This document shows positions 11,893-23,600 of a stretch of DNA of 64,000 bases, one piece after another. The notes beneath the pieces are model-generated. The model searched no databases and was not told the DNA's origin. It worked only from the letters and a program-made list of their open reading frames with translations. The stretch covers positions 1 through 64,000 of the forward strand of contig KZ538361.1 of NCBI GenBank assembly GCA_000934665.2, read 5' to 3'. Made by a program: the position numbers and the translations under genes. Numbering within the stretch: position 1 is the first letter of the stretch; each line of letters begins with the position of its first letter. Source of the stretch: Catajapyx aquilonaris (taxonomy: Eukaryota).

Positions 11893-14389
11893 TCAAAATC
11901 GATCACCAGTTCAGCCCATTGAATAAAGTCGGGCATTGTAAATGTGATCCCATAAGAGGCTTATCATGTGGTAACCAATTGTTCCAGCAAGTTTTTTTTC
12001 TTTAAAAGATCTGCGAAGACAAAATTACTCAAATGCAACTTGACTAAAGGGAATAATTTGAATGATATTACAATTTTTATACCTAACATCAGCAAGCATT
12101 GTAACATCATCAGCAGGAAAATTCAAAAATGACATTTAAAATTACTCCAACAATTCCTGCAACAATTGTGACTTAATTCATCCCATATGAAATACCTCCA
12201 ATCTTGTTTACACACTACATGCTGAATCAAGTGAACCAAAACGAATGTAATCAAGATCAGTGCTGGGAACCAACTTATTCAGTGCTGAAATGCTTATAAA
12301 ATGTCATGTCATTGACTTTTTTTTTTTTTCAGGATGAGCACGATCATTAAATATCATATTTTTTCTAGTTATAAGACACCTCTCTCATTGGATGGGAAAC
12401 ACGTCCGTGGTCAAAAGTGCAATGACGTCACGCAATATGACGAGCTTGCTAAGGGAAGGAGAAAAGTGGAGATAATTTCGGCGCCAGAACTCTCGCGCAC
12501 ATCAGGGGCTGGCATCGGCATAGCGTCAAGATTGAAATGAGATAATACATAGGACTCTACGTATGCAATGTAAAAAATAATAATAGAGAGCATGAGTCGG
12601 ATATTTGGCTGACTGCGTTTGAAGATTTGGTACACCACGTTATGTGTATTCATCCAGGCTCGACTTCTGGTGTGTGTGAGTGGGTGAGATGCTGAGAGAT
12701 ATTTTCTGGCCTTTACACACTTGTTTTTATGGCAGTTTAAATCTAATGCTCATTAACTGGTCTGAGGTTGCTTCAATTACTGGCTCTACCACTTGTATAT
12801 CAATAGCTGCCCTTGCGCTCTAACGCTTTTCCACACTTCTGGGACATGGAGGGTGGAACAAAGTGGTCATCATTAGCTCATTTTTTGGTCTTCCACCGGC
12901 TTACCTGGCAGGTCAGGCAGCATCCATTTGTGAGCGTTCCGTTTACAAGGTCTGAAGGAGGAATAAAGGCTATAGTTCTGAAGCACACCACGGTCCGGTT
13001 GTATATAACTCAAATTAAGGCAAAAATAATGTAGGATTATTTTAGTGAATAGCTATGTATATATAATCGGACATTTTGCATAATTTTCTTCGATATACCA
13101 GCCATAAAAGTATAAAAAGTTAAAGACAAAAAGTTTTAATGCTGCTCAATAGCCTTTCTTTCCCCTATATTATACTGTTGTGCTGGACCACTTCTCTTAC
13201 TTAATTTTGATGGTCTCTTTCAAAATCTTAGGACACGCGTTTTTTTGACCATGCTGTGGGACGAAATTGTGGCGGTGAGAGTGTATTAAATTTCAAAAAA
13301 TGAGACATTGAAACAATTTGATGCTTCAAATTGAGCTGAATCAAAAATTGGCATTCATTTCGAGGTGAAAAATCCACTATATTATAATTATGAGAAATAA
13401 GGGCATGGAAAAGGCAGCAGGAACGATGATTATAGGTAGACACAAGTTCCTATTTATAGGAACTTGTATTTAAATATTATTCCCGACCAATCGGAGTGTG
13501 ACATTTTTGTCCCATGATTGTGATCTAATGGCGAGCTTCCCCCGAACTTTCTTATATACTGATGCTGTGTGTACAGGGTCGTGGAAAGGTGCTTCCCTCA
13601 TCTCGTATAGACTATATAATCAGTATACAAGACGAAATTCCTCTATTGCTAATCTTGGATCTATTCCGCTACGGAGGAAATCACATACCAATAATTTTGT
13701 TTTGTCACTATATTCATGTTAGAAAATATAGGCATATACTGATTAGACCACTTGGCTTTTGCGGACGAGTGATATCCCGATTTGTCTAATCAGCAAGATA
13801 TCCCCTAATTTAACCAGATCAGTGATCATATATGTCAAGTCACGAATACAGTAAGTTTATAATATTCACAGACGCATGTATCTGCAATGGAACATAAAGA
13901 AACCACACTAATTGACACATATACACATGTTCATAAGTCCCAGAGGATACGCAGGTTGTGATTTGTGAGGTAAACTTATTATCATAGAGCCTATATAAAT
14001 CTGTAGCCTGAAACTGATGTCTCGTGACCGTTTATTCAAGGGGATTATCCGTATATTAACTTAGGCCTACATTGCTATTTAATAATTACATTACAGTTTG
14101 TAGTCGTTTCAGTATAGGTTGGAACTTACCTCTCTATGCAGTATATAATTCAGTTGACGTCGCCTATATACTGTATAGTTCTGTAAGGTATAATATGTCG
14201 GGAGAAATGATGGACAAAACACAGAAATAAGATGGGCTTTGGTTACGTACAGTATGTGTGAATGATTCAGTAAGTGGAGCCAACGCTCTTTCTTTTTATA
14301 TCAAGAAGAAATCCCCTGTGCATAAAAGCACATGATTTTCATGGCAAAATTATTATAACGAATAGGAACGAGAGCGTCCACTCCTATAT

Positions 14390-15059
14390 GAGGGGGTGAA
14401 AATCAAAAACCGACAGCTCCAAAAACCAAAAAAATGAGTTAGCGCCGGCAATGCATTCCTCATGCCATGGACTACATAATACCTTAATATGGTATTTAAA
14501 ATCCTACAACAAAGCCGTCAAATGCAGGGGTGAAAAGTGACCTCCGTAACAAAAACCGCCAGCTCCATCCCCACTCGCAGAAAATTACAGATCAAAAACC
14601 GCCAGCTCCATCACGAAACTAAAGCTATGGGAGACAGTACATACTGCGAAGCTCGTACGGATAACGACGGTGCGAATTTTACAGAATTTACAGAATTTTA
14701 ACAGAACACCTTGCGTAATGCAATGGAACGTTGGTATGTAAGCGTGGAATAAACTTACACATTTACACGCCGGATAAACCTGTGTTTCATATTTCCCTCA
14801 CTCAATTTTGCATCAAAAACCGCCAGCTCCAGCCTGTTGCAAATCAAAAACCGGCCAGTGGCGGAATGGACGGTCCACAGCTCCTTGGGTAATGGCGGAT
14901 GATTTCATAATAACTTACCAATGGTTGAGTTGCTAGTAAAGGAATCTATAGCCGCTACATTCAGGTGTCTACGTTGACATACGGCGAAACTGTAGGTTTT
15001 TCTCGTTTTTCTCCGTTACGTTTATGAAGGAGCTGTCGGTTTTTTATTTTCACCCCCTC
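14390..15059. mobile_element. Sola-like non-autonomous element (ATAT|GAG...CTC|ATAT)
   Basis: TIRs gagggggtgaaaatcaaaaaccgacagctcc / ggagctgtcggtttttttattttcaccccctc with a 4-bp TSD ATAT. Internal copies of caaaaaccgccagctcc lie at ~14551, 14593 and 14814. Confidence 0.85.
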
Positions 15060-17149
15060 ATATATGAAATTAAATATTATCCCATCCTGAGCGGTATAGT
15101 GTAATACATAATTATATACGTTAGTAAAAGCTATTAAAACTTCTTCAAACATTATTTTTTATCTCGAAATCGCTCATGCGAATGATGCCCCGAACCGATA
15201 ATAACTTTAAGTACAGATGCCATAATGCGAACTCTGATGTCATCACTTAAAAATCAGAATGCATATACGGTACCGTATATCTTACAGTAAGTTATATGGA
15301 AAAATAGAATATTAATAATTATGCAAATGTAAGTTAGCCACTCGTGTGCTCAAATATGATGTTAATAACTGCAATTAAATGCTGTACATGATAATTTCAG
15401 CATAACTTACATGAAAATAATGGTTTCTTTCAATTAGTAGGCAATATTAGTCTATATTGTGCAGGCGAAGTATATTATATAGAGAGCAGTATACCTTTCT
15501 GTTCCTGTGTACTGAGGCAATTCCAGATTTAAATCGCTTTTATTTTACACGGTTGTTGTAGTATACATGCTGATAATTATAACCTACCTTCCGTCTTGAT
15601 GAGCAGCCAAATAAACATGTTGGTTAAGATTATGTCACGTGCTTCCTCAGGGTCCAGAACACGGCACTTTCGAGGAATAAATACATGTTGTGCTATGTAT
15701 ACTGTACATAATTATGATTTGTTATGCTGGTCTACATTGCATGATGAGGCATTATCCGTTTAGACATAACTTACAGTATATAGGTTTATAATGTAGGCCT
15801 ATTTCAAATCTTGGATGGTCTTGATCCATATCGCTTTCGGTGGACATTAGGTAATATGGGCAGTGTAATATTGGCAATAAATTCTCTCATCAGGTGGATC
15901 ACATGGCGGGGAAGAATTACGTAGTGGGATTCAGAACTGAGCTATTTGTGGAAAACTCGCAGACACTCACTTTATGTGCACCCTCAACTTTGTGTAGGCC
16001 TATACATACGGTATGGGAAGCCCAACAAGGCATTTTCCGATGGTATATAACAGTAAGTTATATACGGTACTTTATGATTAGGCTACACGCCAAACTTCCA
16101 AACGTGTTCACAACGGAAAGCGTTCGCGAAATTTTCTCAGTACAAATGTGAGCTCAATTCTGGCACAAATTGGACACAGTAGGGGCCTAATGTCTTACCA
16201 ATAACAACAATAACATCAATAATAATTAATTTTATTTTTAGGGGAAGTATCATATTATGATCATTGATTATATTATTTGGTCCGCCTGAGTGACCTTTCT
16301 GAAATCCAGACTTGCGGAAAATTTGGCGTACTTTATTCGTTGTGCAGAATTAACCGATTTCAGGTATCATAACATCCAGTATGAAGAACAATGTTTAGGT
16401 TATAGATAAAAAAAATAATATAAGCTGGACCTGTAAGATAATGATTACATGCCAAATAATAATACCATCAATACCGGTAGTCTACTGTGTTTTTGAGTTT
16501 CTGACATTGACATATTTTTATTACAGTCATGTTCTCATTTATTACATAATTTCTCTGTTAATAAAACATATTAATACATTATTTTCTTGTAATAATTAAA
16601 CCAGAAGGTAGTAAATGCCATTTTAGACAGCGATATGCATGCATGGTCGTGTAATGTGAATGAATACCCAGTCATCTAGAAATGACCTTCGGACGATCGA
16701 TGTTCAGTTAGTTCATACACTTGAAATTGAATGGTTATGGCATTGCATTGCATTGCATTATCAACCGAAACACTATTGCAGCATGTCAACATGATTGTAA
16801 ACAACGTCCTTCGCTCAAACCCATTCCAGACCTCCATTTGAAAAGTGATTGATTTCGACTCCCTTGATCAAAACAATACGCGCCACTGTCAGCCCGTAAT
16901 AAATTAATACAGAATGCGATTACAGCACATTACATTGACGTATCGTGCGTACAGGATGGGGGAACTGGAAAAGAACTGCGTATCTGGACTGGTCCTTTTT
17001 TTTATTACCTTGATGAAAGCCATCGCCATACCCCGCCAGCACGAACAGTCCGGCCATTCTGACTACCCGATCATGGCCGTTCCTCAACCACACGGGGGTG
17101 GTAGATCTGCCCAGGTCAAGCAGGTCACCAAAGGCCAAATCGTGATCAA

Positions 17150-17961
17150 GCAAAAACCAACACGATCGGAATTTGAAAGTAGGAGGAGGGAAGTCGCGGC
17201 TTCTCCTGTTCCCGTCCGATCCTGGTCTTGTCGGGTGTCCTCCTACGTGAGGTATAGTCGATCCGGTAGAAAGTGGCAAAGGAAGGCGTAGTTAGACCAA
17301 CGACCGCCTCCCGGCCATAAATCAGACTGTGGACCAAGAAGCGGCGCGGTCCTGTTTTTGGGTGTAGCTGTGCGCGGTGTACTTGGGGATTGGCACACCC
17401 GACTGGTAGGTGGTATCGGCGCTGTTGGCCACCAGCAACCTAGGGGCTTGAAAAGGGCGGAGAAGAAGCGTTCTTGCTAACCCAATGGAAACGGACGTCC
17501 AATAGCTACAGCGCAGAGGCGGGTCTACATACAGCCCGCTCCTGCCCCAACGTTGATGGTGGAAGAGCTGCCCTTTCTCCATTTGCCCTACCACAGTTGG
17601 CAGCCAGCAGGCAGAGTGTATCGCCGCTCCTGACTACCTCGGTGTGCATCGGTGTCTAGTGACCCCCCTCCACCCCCCGGTACACACACGCATTTACGCA
17701 CAAATGAAATAGTGTCAACCAGTGATTTCCCCCCCCCCTCCCCCCCCTCGGAGTGCCCGCGCGTGTGTACAGTGTACAGCGGGCACCCCCACCCCGTGTT
17801 TTCCCCCCAAATTATTTTCTTCAACGGTGGACGCATCTCGACATTAAGCGGTCGTCATTCCACCACCGCACGCACAGAGCCTGGATTTTTCCCCGGTGGG
17901 TTGGGCCTTGAAAATCGGCACCACGCTGAATTTCACCGAGCTCGCAAGCCCGTACCCGAGC
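17150..17961 (+). promoter_or_regulatory. Dll: GC/CpG-rich promoter / 5' leader region of Dll
   Basis: Sharp rise in GC and CpG relative to the AT-rich 15-16.9 kb region. CCAAT occurs at 17482 and 17499. The TSS cannot be located from sequence alone. Confidence 0.5.
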
Positions 17962-18253
17962 ATGGCTCCGGGGACTCCCGACGGGCTAGAGCAAGAAGTG
18001 GGGAACAAATCGGCTTTTATGGAGCTTCAACAGCAGGCGGCCATCACCGGGATGAGCCATCCGGCGGCGGCCTACCCCATCCGAACGGCGTACCATCAAC
18101 AGCCGGTGGTTTCGCAGCATGAGCAGGCCGCATTTGCCTCCAACGCCCGGCCTTTGGCTGCATATCCTTTCCCTCCCATGCCCGCGCAGAACACCTATAC
18201 GGGATACCATCTCGGAGCATATACACCGCAGTGTCCATCTCCGCCCAAGGAAG
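17962..18253 (+). CDS. Dll: Distal-less coding exon 1 (MAPGTPDGLEQEVGNKSAFMELQQQ...YHLGAYTPQCPSPPKE)
   Basis: ATG at 17962 in strong context (gagcATGg). It contains the Dlx/Dll N-terminal KSAF(M/I)E motif and a C-P-S-P-P-K motif. It ends at the donor AAG|GTGAG (phase 1), which joins in frame (G+AC=Asp) to exon 2. Confidence 0.93.
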
Positions 18254-20469
18254 GTGAGCATCACATTACATTTTGTATGTCCCGCCAAACCCACTCCTGA
18301 TGGTACAGCTCCATGTGTGGACGGCCATGTGCTCGGATGGCTGGGGGAGGGGGGTATATATGGGCCTCCAATTTCCCGCCTAATAGCCGGCGCATTATAG
18401 TTATTAGGATCGTTTAATGCCCCCCCTCTACCCCCCCCCCCTCAATCCAGGTCCTAATAGATTTATAGTTTGTAGCACTAATGTCAGAGGCTTAAACATT
18501 GACTACTGTGTGAATTAATGAGTGTCACATATTTCACCACCCTCGGTCCCCCCCACCCCTTACAATAACAAACCGCTTAATAGCCTTTTGTCCCACTGCC
18601 GCCATTAATCACCTAGCATTTATTTGCTGTGCATACAATGTGTTATGTCATGTCGGATAAACCTGGCCGTTATGCTAATCCATATAGTGCCGGTATTTTT
18701 GGGGCACATGTTTTGCGAATTTTTACAAACGTCACGTGGGCCACACGCGCTTACTTTTTTTTGTTTTTTTTGTTTTTTTTTTTGGAGGTGGGCTCGTGAG
18801 AAAAGTGCCATGTTTTTCCGACGTCCTTCGTCATCCTGAAAGCCTCGCGTGGTGCGCTCTGGGTTTTTCTACGCGGGTTTCAAACCCGAGACTTGTAAGC
18901 AAACGCTATCAACAAAGAAATCCATCTTTTCCCTCGCCGCATGTCGTTATCAGCTCTATCTCTATAACGCGTAAAAAAAAAAAATGTGCGAAAAAACTCG
19001 CGCTGGTTTACCTACGTTTTTGCCCCGTATTCCTGTCTCTGGTAATGAGTCTGTGATTAATGTTTCGTCACTACTCAGCAAGTCGCTGAACTTGTATGTT
19101 TACAGTCATTTTTCTTCCTCACCACCCCCACACCACCACACCTGACATCCTACTCTATAGGCTATACACAGATTGATCTCAACCAGTCTAAAGATAAGAT
19201 ATGTTTGATTCTAGTCTGGAAAAAGGTTGACACGATGCCCATGTCTTCTCCACGGGGAGTTGACCTTATCAGGCGCAACTTTACATGTAAAAGCCTCCCG
19301 TTTTTCAGTCAACAATTTGGCTCCACAGGGGATGACCCGAACAAGGGGACATTTTTTTGTGTTATAATTCTTTAAAACAAATTTTAATCGTTCCATTCAT
19401 TTTTAATCTCATGTTGAAAACCTGCTGTGCATGTCAGTGTTAATATCTCAATCTCCCCCCTCAATGTTGCTTTTATTTAATGGGACAGTTAATTGTCAAG
19501 GGAGGTGCATCTTTCCATTAAAATGTGGGCATAAACAACAGGGTGGCGGGGAGGGTTGACCATTTTATATTTTTTTGTACTGTGAATGTCGCTGTTGTTT
19601 CGCGCCGGGTTGCTCCTGATAAGAGCACCATGTCAGGCGTGATCCATGGACTGCTACAAAGCTGCTCGGTACGTGATCATTGTTATCACAGAATTGCGAT
19701 TTTTTTGCCCCAGTATGTGCGGGATGGGGCTTGAACAAATGGGTGCGATGTAGACGATATTTTTGTGCGAGGCGAACGCCAGATGTCATTTTTATACAAT
19801 GCCAAAAAATGTTTCCGGTTAAATTTTATGAACTTAAAATTTTGTGTTTGTATTTGGCGTGGGTTACCCCCAGTGTTTCTTTTCGAGCCCACTATTGACG
19901 TCGGTATAACATTTCATTTTCCTGCCGCCAACACGCAAGACTAATGATAGTTTCAGGCTAGCCAAAAAAAAAATATGGACCAAAATTTAGGCGCGGCTAC
20001 TTCTGCGTGCTTCTTTTGGTTATGTGTGCATAAGTTTCAGCTACGTTAGATCTTGCTCAAAATAATTTTTTAAAGGAATCTCTATGGGCTATCGTGAGCA
20101 AAAATCTTGAAGTTCCCCTCCCCTGTTATTATGACTATTTCATCACTGCAAAGTAGAAACATAGCTGCGGTGGTGTTTCGCGTGGGCTATTTTGATCGAT
20201 AGCAATGGGCGTTAGCCTGGTTTGTGCATTCGGCGGTTCATGTAGCAGTTTATGTGCATGATACGTTGAACTTAGGGCGCACACAAGGACGAACGTCAAA
20301 TTTATAGCCTCAGAAAAGCAATATATTTTTCTATACGTTACCGTATACATTTACACCATAAGTTAAGAACTTTATTCATGTTGTTACCATAAGCTTAACA
20401 TCTCATTACCTAGTCTCTTGGTTGCCTTTTGATGCTGATGCCTGTGCATCGGGTGTTCGTGTATACATA

Positions 20470-20679
20470 CAGGGTGTCTAAACTTTTTTGTCCGAACAAT
20501 TATCGGAAATATTGCACTAAGCTGCTTATTTTTTAGCAGTGACTTGCAACCAGTGATGCTTCCCTGGCTTTATCAGTTGAGGGATGTGCCAGGAATGTTG
20601 GGGCATATTCTGGCTACATAGCTAGAAGATACATAGGCTTTTCCGATAACTGTTCGGACAAAAAAGTTGAGACACCCTG
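20470..20679. mobile_element. ~210 bp MITE, CAGGGTG family, copy 2 (Dll intron 1)
   Basis: Same TIRs and body as 10359-10564, with TA flanks. Confidence 0.93.
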
Positions 20680-23600
20680 TATATTTGTGTTTCACCATAA
20701 GCATGTCATTCGCAAGAGGTAGCATATTAACAACAATGATGGCGTAGGAATGCTTGATGTTATGCGCATATAGTAATGGTCGAATGCAAATGCTGCCAAA
20801 TGAGCTTCGATCGGCTACAAATGGTAATATCAAGATGTAGGTATTCCGGGAAACTGTGGTTTAGGAGCTAGGTCTACAATTATACAAGCCGCGAGTCCAA
20901 GAGAGCGTGCAATCAGACTATACGATGGATCGAGGGGTATAGGGAATTAATTGTGTTTGGAATCTAGATAGGCTTCTAACTAGGCATTGCGTATAATGAC
21001 ACCCGGGTCTGTACTGAAACACGTGGCGGGTGTACACGCAACTCTGGCTGTGTACTTGTACAACACCTGAGTTGGTGTGCTTCATCCGTCCGCGTGTCAT
21101 ATCGTCAAAGTAAACATATTGTGATGGCCTATTGTTCACCGTCCTGCTTATACCTATCACTGCCACGTCCTTGGGTGTCAGCCGATTTGGAAAAAAATAA
21201 CATCCACGGAAGAGAGAGTTGTTTGCTCAAAATTAAGCCAATTGCTAGAAAAACAAGGGTTAATTGATTATTTTTCCCTCACTAAACGGACAACAACAAT
21301 GTTTCCATGCGAATCCTTCCTTTCTCATAGAAACGACGTAGTTGATGGCTATTCGGTTTTTAGCGGGTTCTTGCATCCACCTTTTCCATGTATAGGGCGG
21401 GATTCATACCCACAGCACTATAACCCCCCTGGTTCTCCCCCATATCTCCACCCCTGGCCAGCCCGTGTCAGGATTTTTCGGCGGTGGCGTGGGCCCTTGT
21501 CCATCCCCCTTCCGCTCGGTTCCGTGCGCCGAGGGCAGAGGCGCAGCTGCGTGGCGGCCACAGGCGCCTCTACCGCCCGACAACCTCTACCCGACCGCCC
21601 CGACCCTACCGGTACATACCCGCCCACCTCCCAAACTTTGTCTTAAAAATTTTGCTGAGCCAAAAAAAAAAAACTTTCTTTTTTTATATCCAAGTGAACA
21701 TTGTTAGGGAGAACACACAGGCAGAAAAATTCTGGGAAGCGGGGGCCCTTTCGCTCTTCGTGCGCAACAATTAGAGGCATGCGAACGCGGGTTGAATAGC
21801 AAATGTGGGGGTCTTGCAGCCCAGGCCATAGAGGTTTCTGTCGGAATGCGCAGACGGTAGCTTTTGATGTGGGGATCATCCCTTTTGGGCCTGGCTCATT
21901 TGACGCATTCCGCCAACAGGCGGGTGTGGCCCTTTTTGCTGGATGGATGAGGAAGTCTGTCCGACTTGTGCTGGATGAGGACAAAGGGAGGAGGGCCAAT
22001 GGTTGGGTGGGCGGGGGTACGGGGGATGCGGTGGAGAGAAAAAAGGCTGTATAACCTGTATATGCAACAGGAAATGTGTTTCAGACTCCGCCATATGTCT
22101 ACTGACAGCGCCATGTCTGCTCTTCAATCCGGACATTGCGCAAAAATATTGGTCCTTGGTTAGGACTATAAAAAAATAGGTCTTGCTTTGATTGGATCAC
22201 AATGGGTCTCAATTAAGTGAGGAGCGATCAGGGCTTGGTAGTATAAATCCAGCCTAATTGGAGCATTTGAAGCACCCCCTCCTGACCAAATCGGCTTCTG
22301 GTCTGGGGTTAATCGCCGCGGGATTTGCGAAACCCTCGCATTATCTCTATCAGCGATTTAAATTAGGCGTGAGTGGGACTGCCAAATACTCGGGTTTCCC
22401 AGAAGCAGCTCGATTTATGTTTCACTTTCAAGAAAAGGTGTGTTAACAATGGTCGTTTCATTCACTTGTATGGGTATACATCAGTCGGACGGAGAACAGC
22501 TTCAAACGCTTAGCGTAATAGCCGCGTTGCACGTATGGTGCCATTGACATCTCGCAGATTATTACAGGTTAGGTAGGTACCAGCACGAGGGAGGGCATGA
22601 CACATCCTATATCTTCGTATAAGTCGTGGGCGAGGTGTTCCGTCAATGTTGTTTTGGGCTTTGGAAGGATTTATGGCGCACTAGCAACGCCATTTGGAAC
22701 TTTAAGGAAAGTAAGGGACAAGGAAGCAAGAATATAATTTTTAGATTGGTACACTCAATGGAGTGTACCAATCTGAAAATTTCTGCAGAAAATTTCAACT
22801 CCAAGAGTGATCAAAAAATTTAACCCAAATTGCTATCTTTCTGAAAAAAATGAGTGCAAGTCATTCTTATAGTCACTCATAATAATTATTAGATTCAATT
22901 CGACTGAAATTTTGTGTAAATCAATTCATTAAAATTGAGCCCAAAACCGAAAATATTTAAGCGTGTACAGTACACACATTCTGCTTTATACACAGGTGAA
23001 CATATTCGAACAAGATGTTATGAGACAAACAAGTAAAATGACATGTACCGGATGCAAAATTTTGATTCATGATGAATTGCATAAGGCAATAGATGACGCG
23101 TGCCAATCAGGAAAAATCATATTCAGTAGAGTCCAGAGGTCTGTCCAACATCCGTGTGGTGGCAACGCATGGCTTGGACGAAAGCGGGATGAATCATTAT
23201 TGGATGGGGAGCCGGAATATCCATTCACTCAAGAGGTGCCAGCATCACGTTGGGCCGGATCATGACAGGAGAGATTTCCTATAGCTGATACGCAGATTTT
23301 ATTAGCATAGTCTTGCATATAATTATATGAGCTCGGAAAAATGCACGGCTTGTGGTAAAGGTGAAACAAGAGACCAAAATGATAGTGATTTTTCACTTTA
23401 GCTTATGTGGATATGGCTAAAATTCCATTGAATAGCCTGTAATTCTCCACACGATGAAAGCTTTGATGAGATTAACGTAAATTATATCGCGGGAACATTT
23501 TCGTGCTTTCTGCATTTGCCCAGCCGAGTGCGGTCAGGACACCGTAAAATTTAGCAGGATTTATTTTGGCCATGTACAGTAATACTGCATGGCGATCCTC

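Noticed and set aside
12310..12540. Strong-looking acceptor (T)14-CAG followed by a 68-aa ORF
   Set aside because: No recognisable protein, matching donor or partner exon; poly-T runs are common here.
17855..17890. Inr-like TCATTC with a DPE-like GGATT
   Set aside because: The spacing is one base off the strict Inr-DPE distance, so it is not enough to call a TSS.
17652..18400. Overlapping alternate-frame and antisense ORFs over Dll exon 1
   Set aside because: Expected by-products of GC-rich coding sequence; no recognisable motifs.
22963..23284. Overlapping ORFs that might be a transposase relic
   Set aside because: No catalytic or domain motif that I can recognise.
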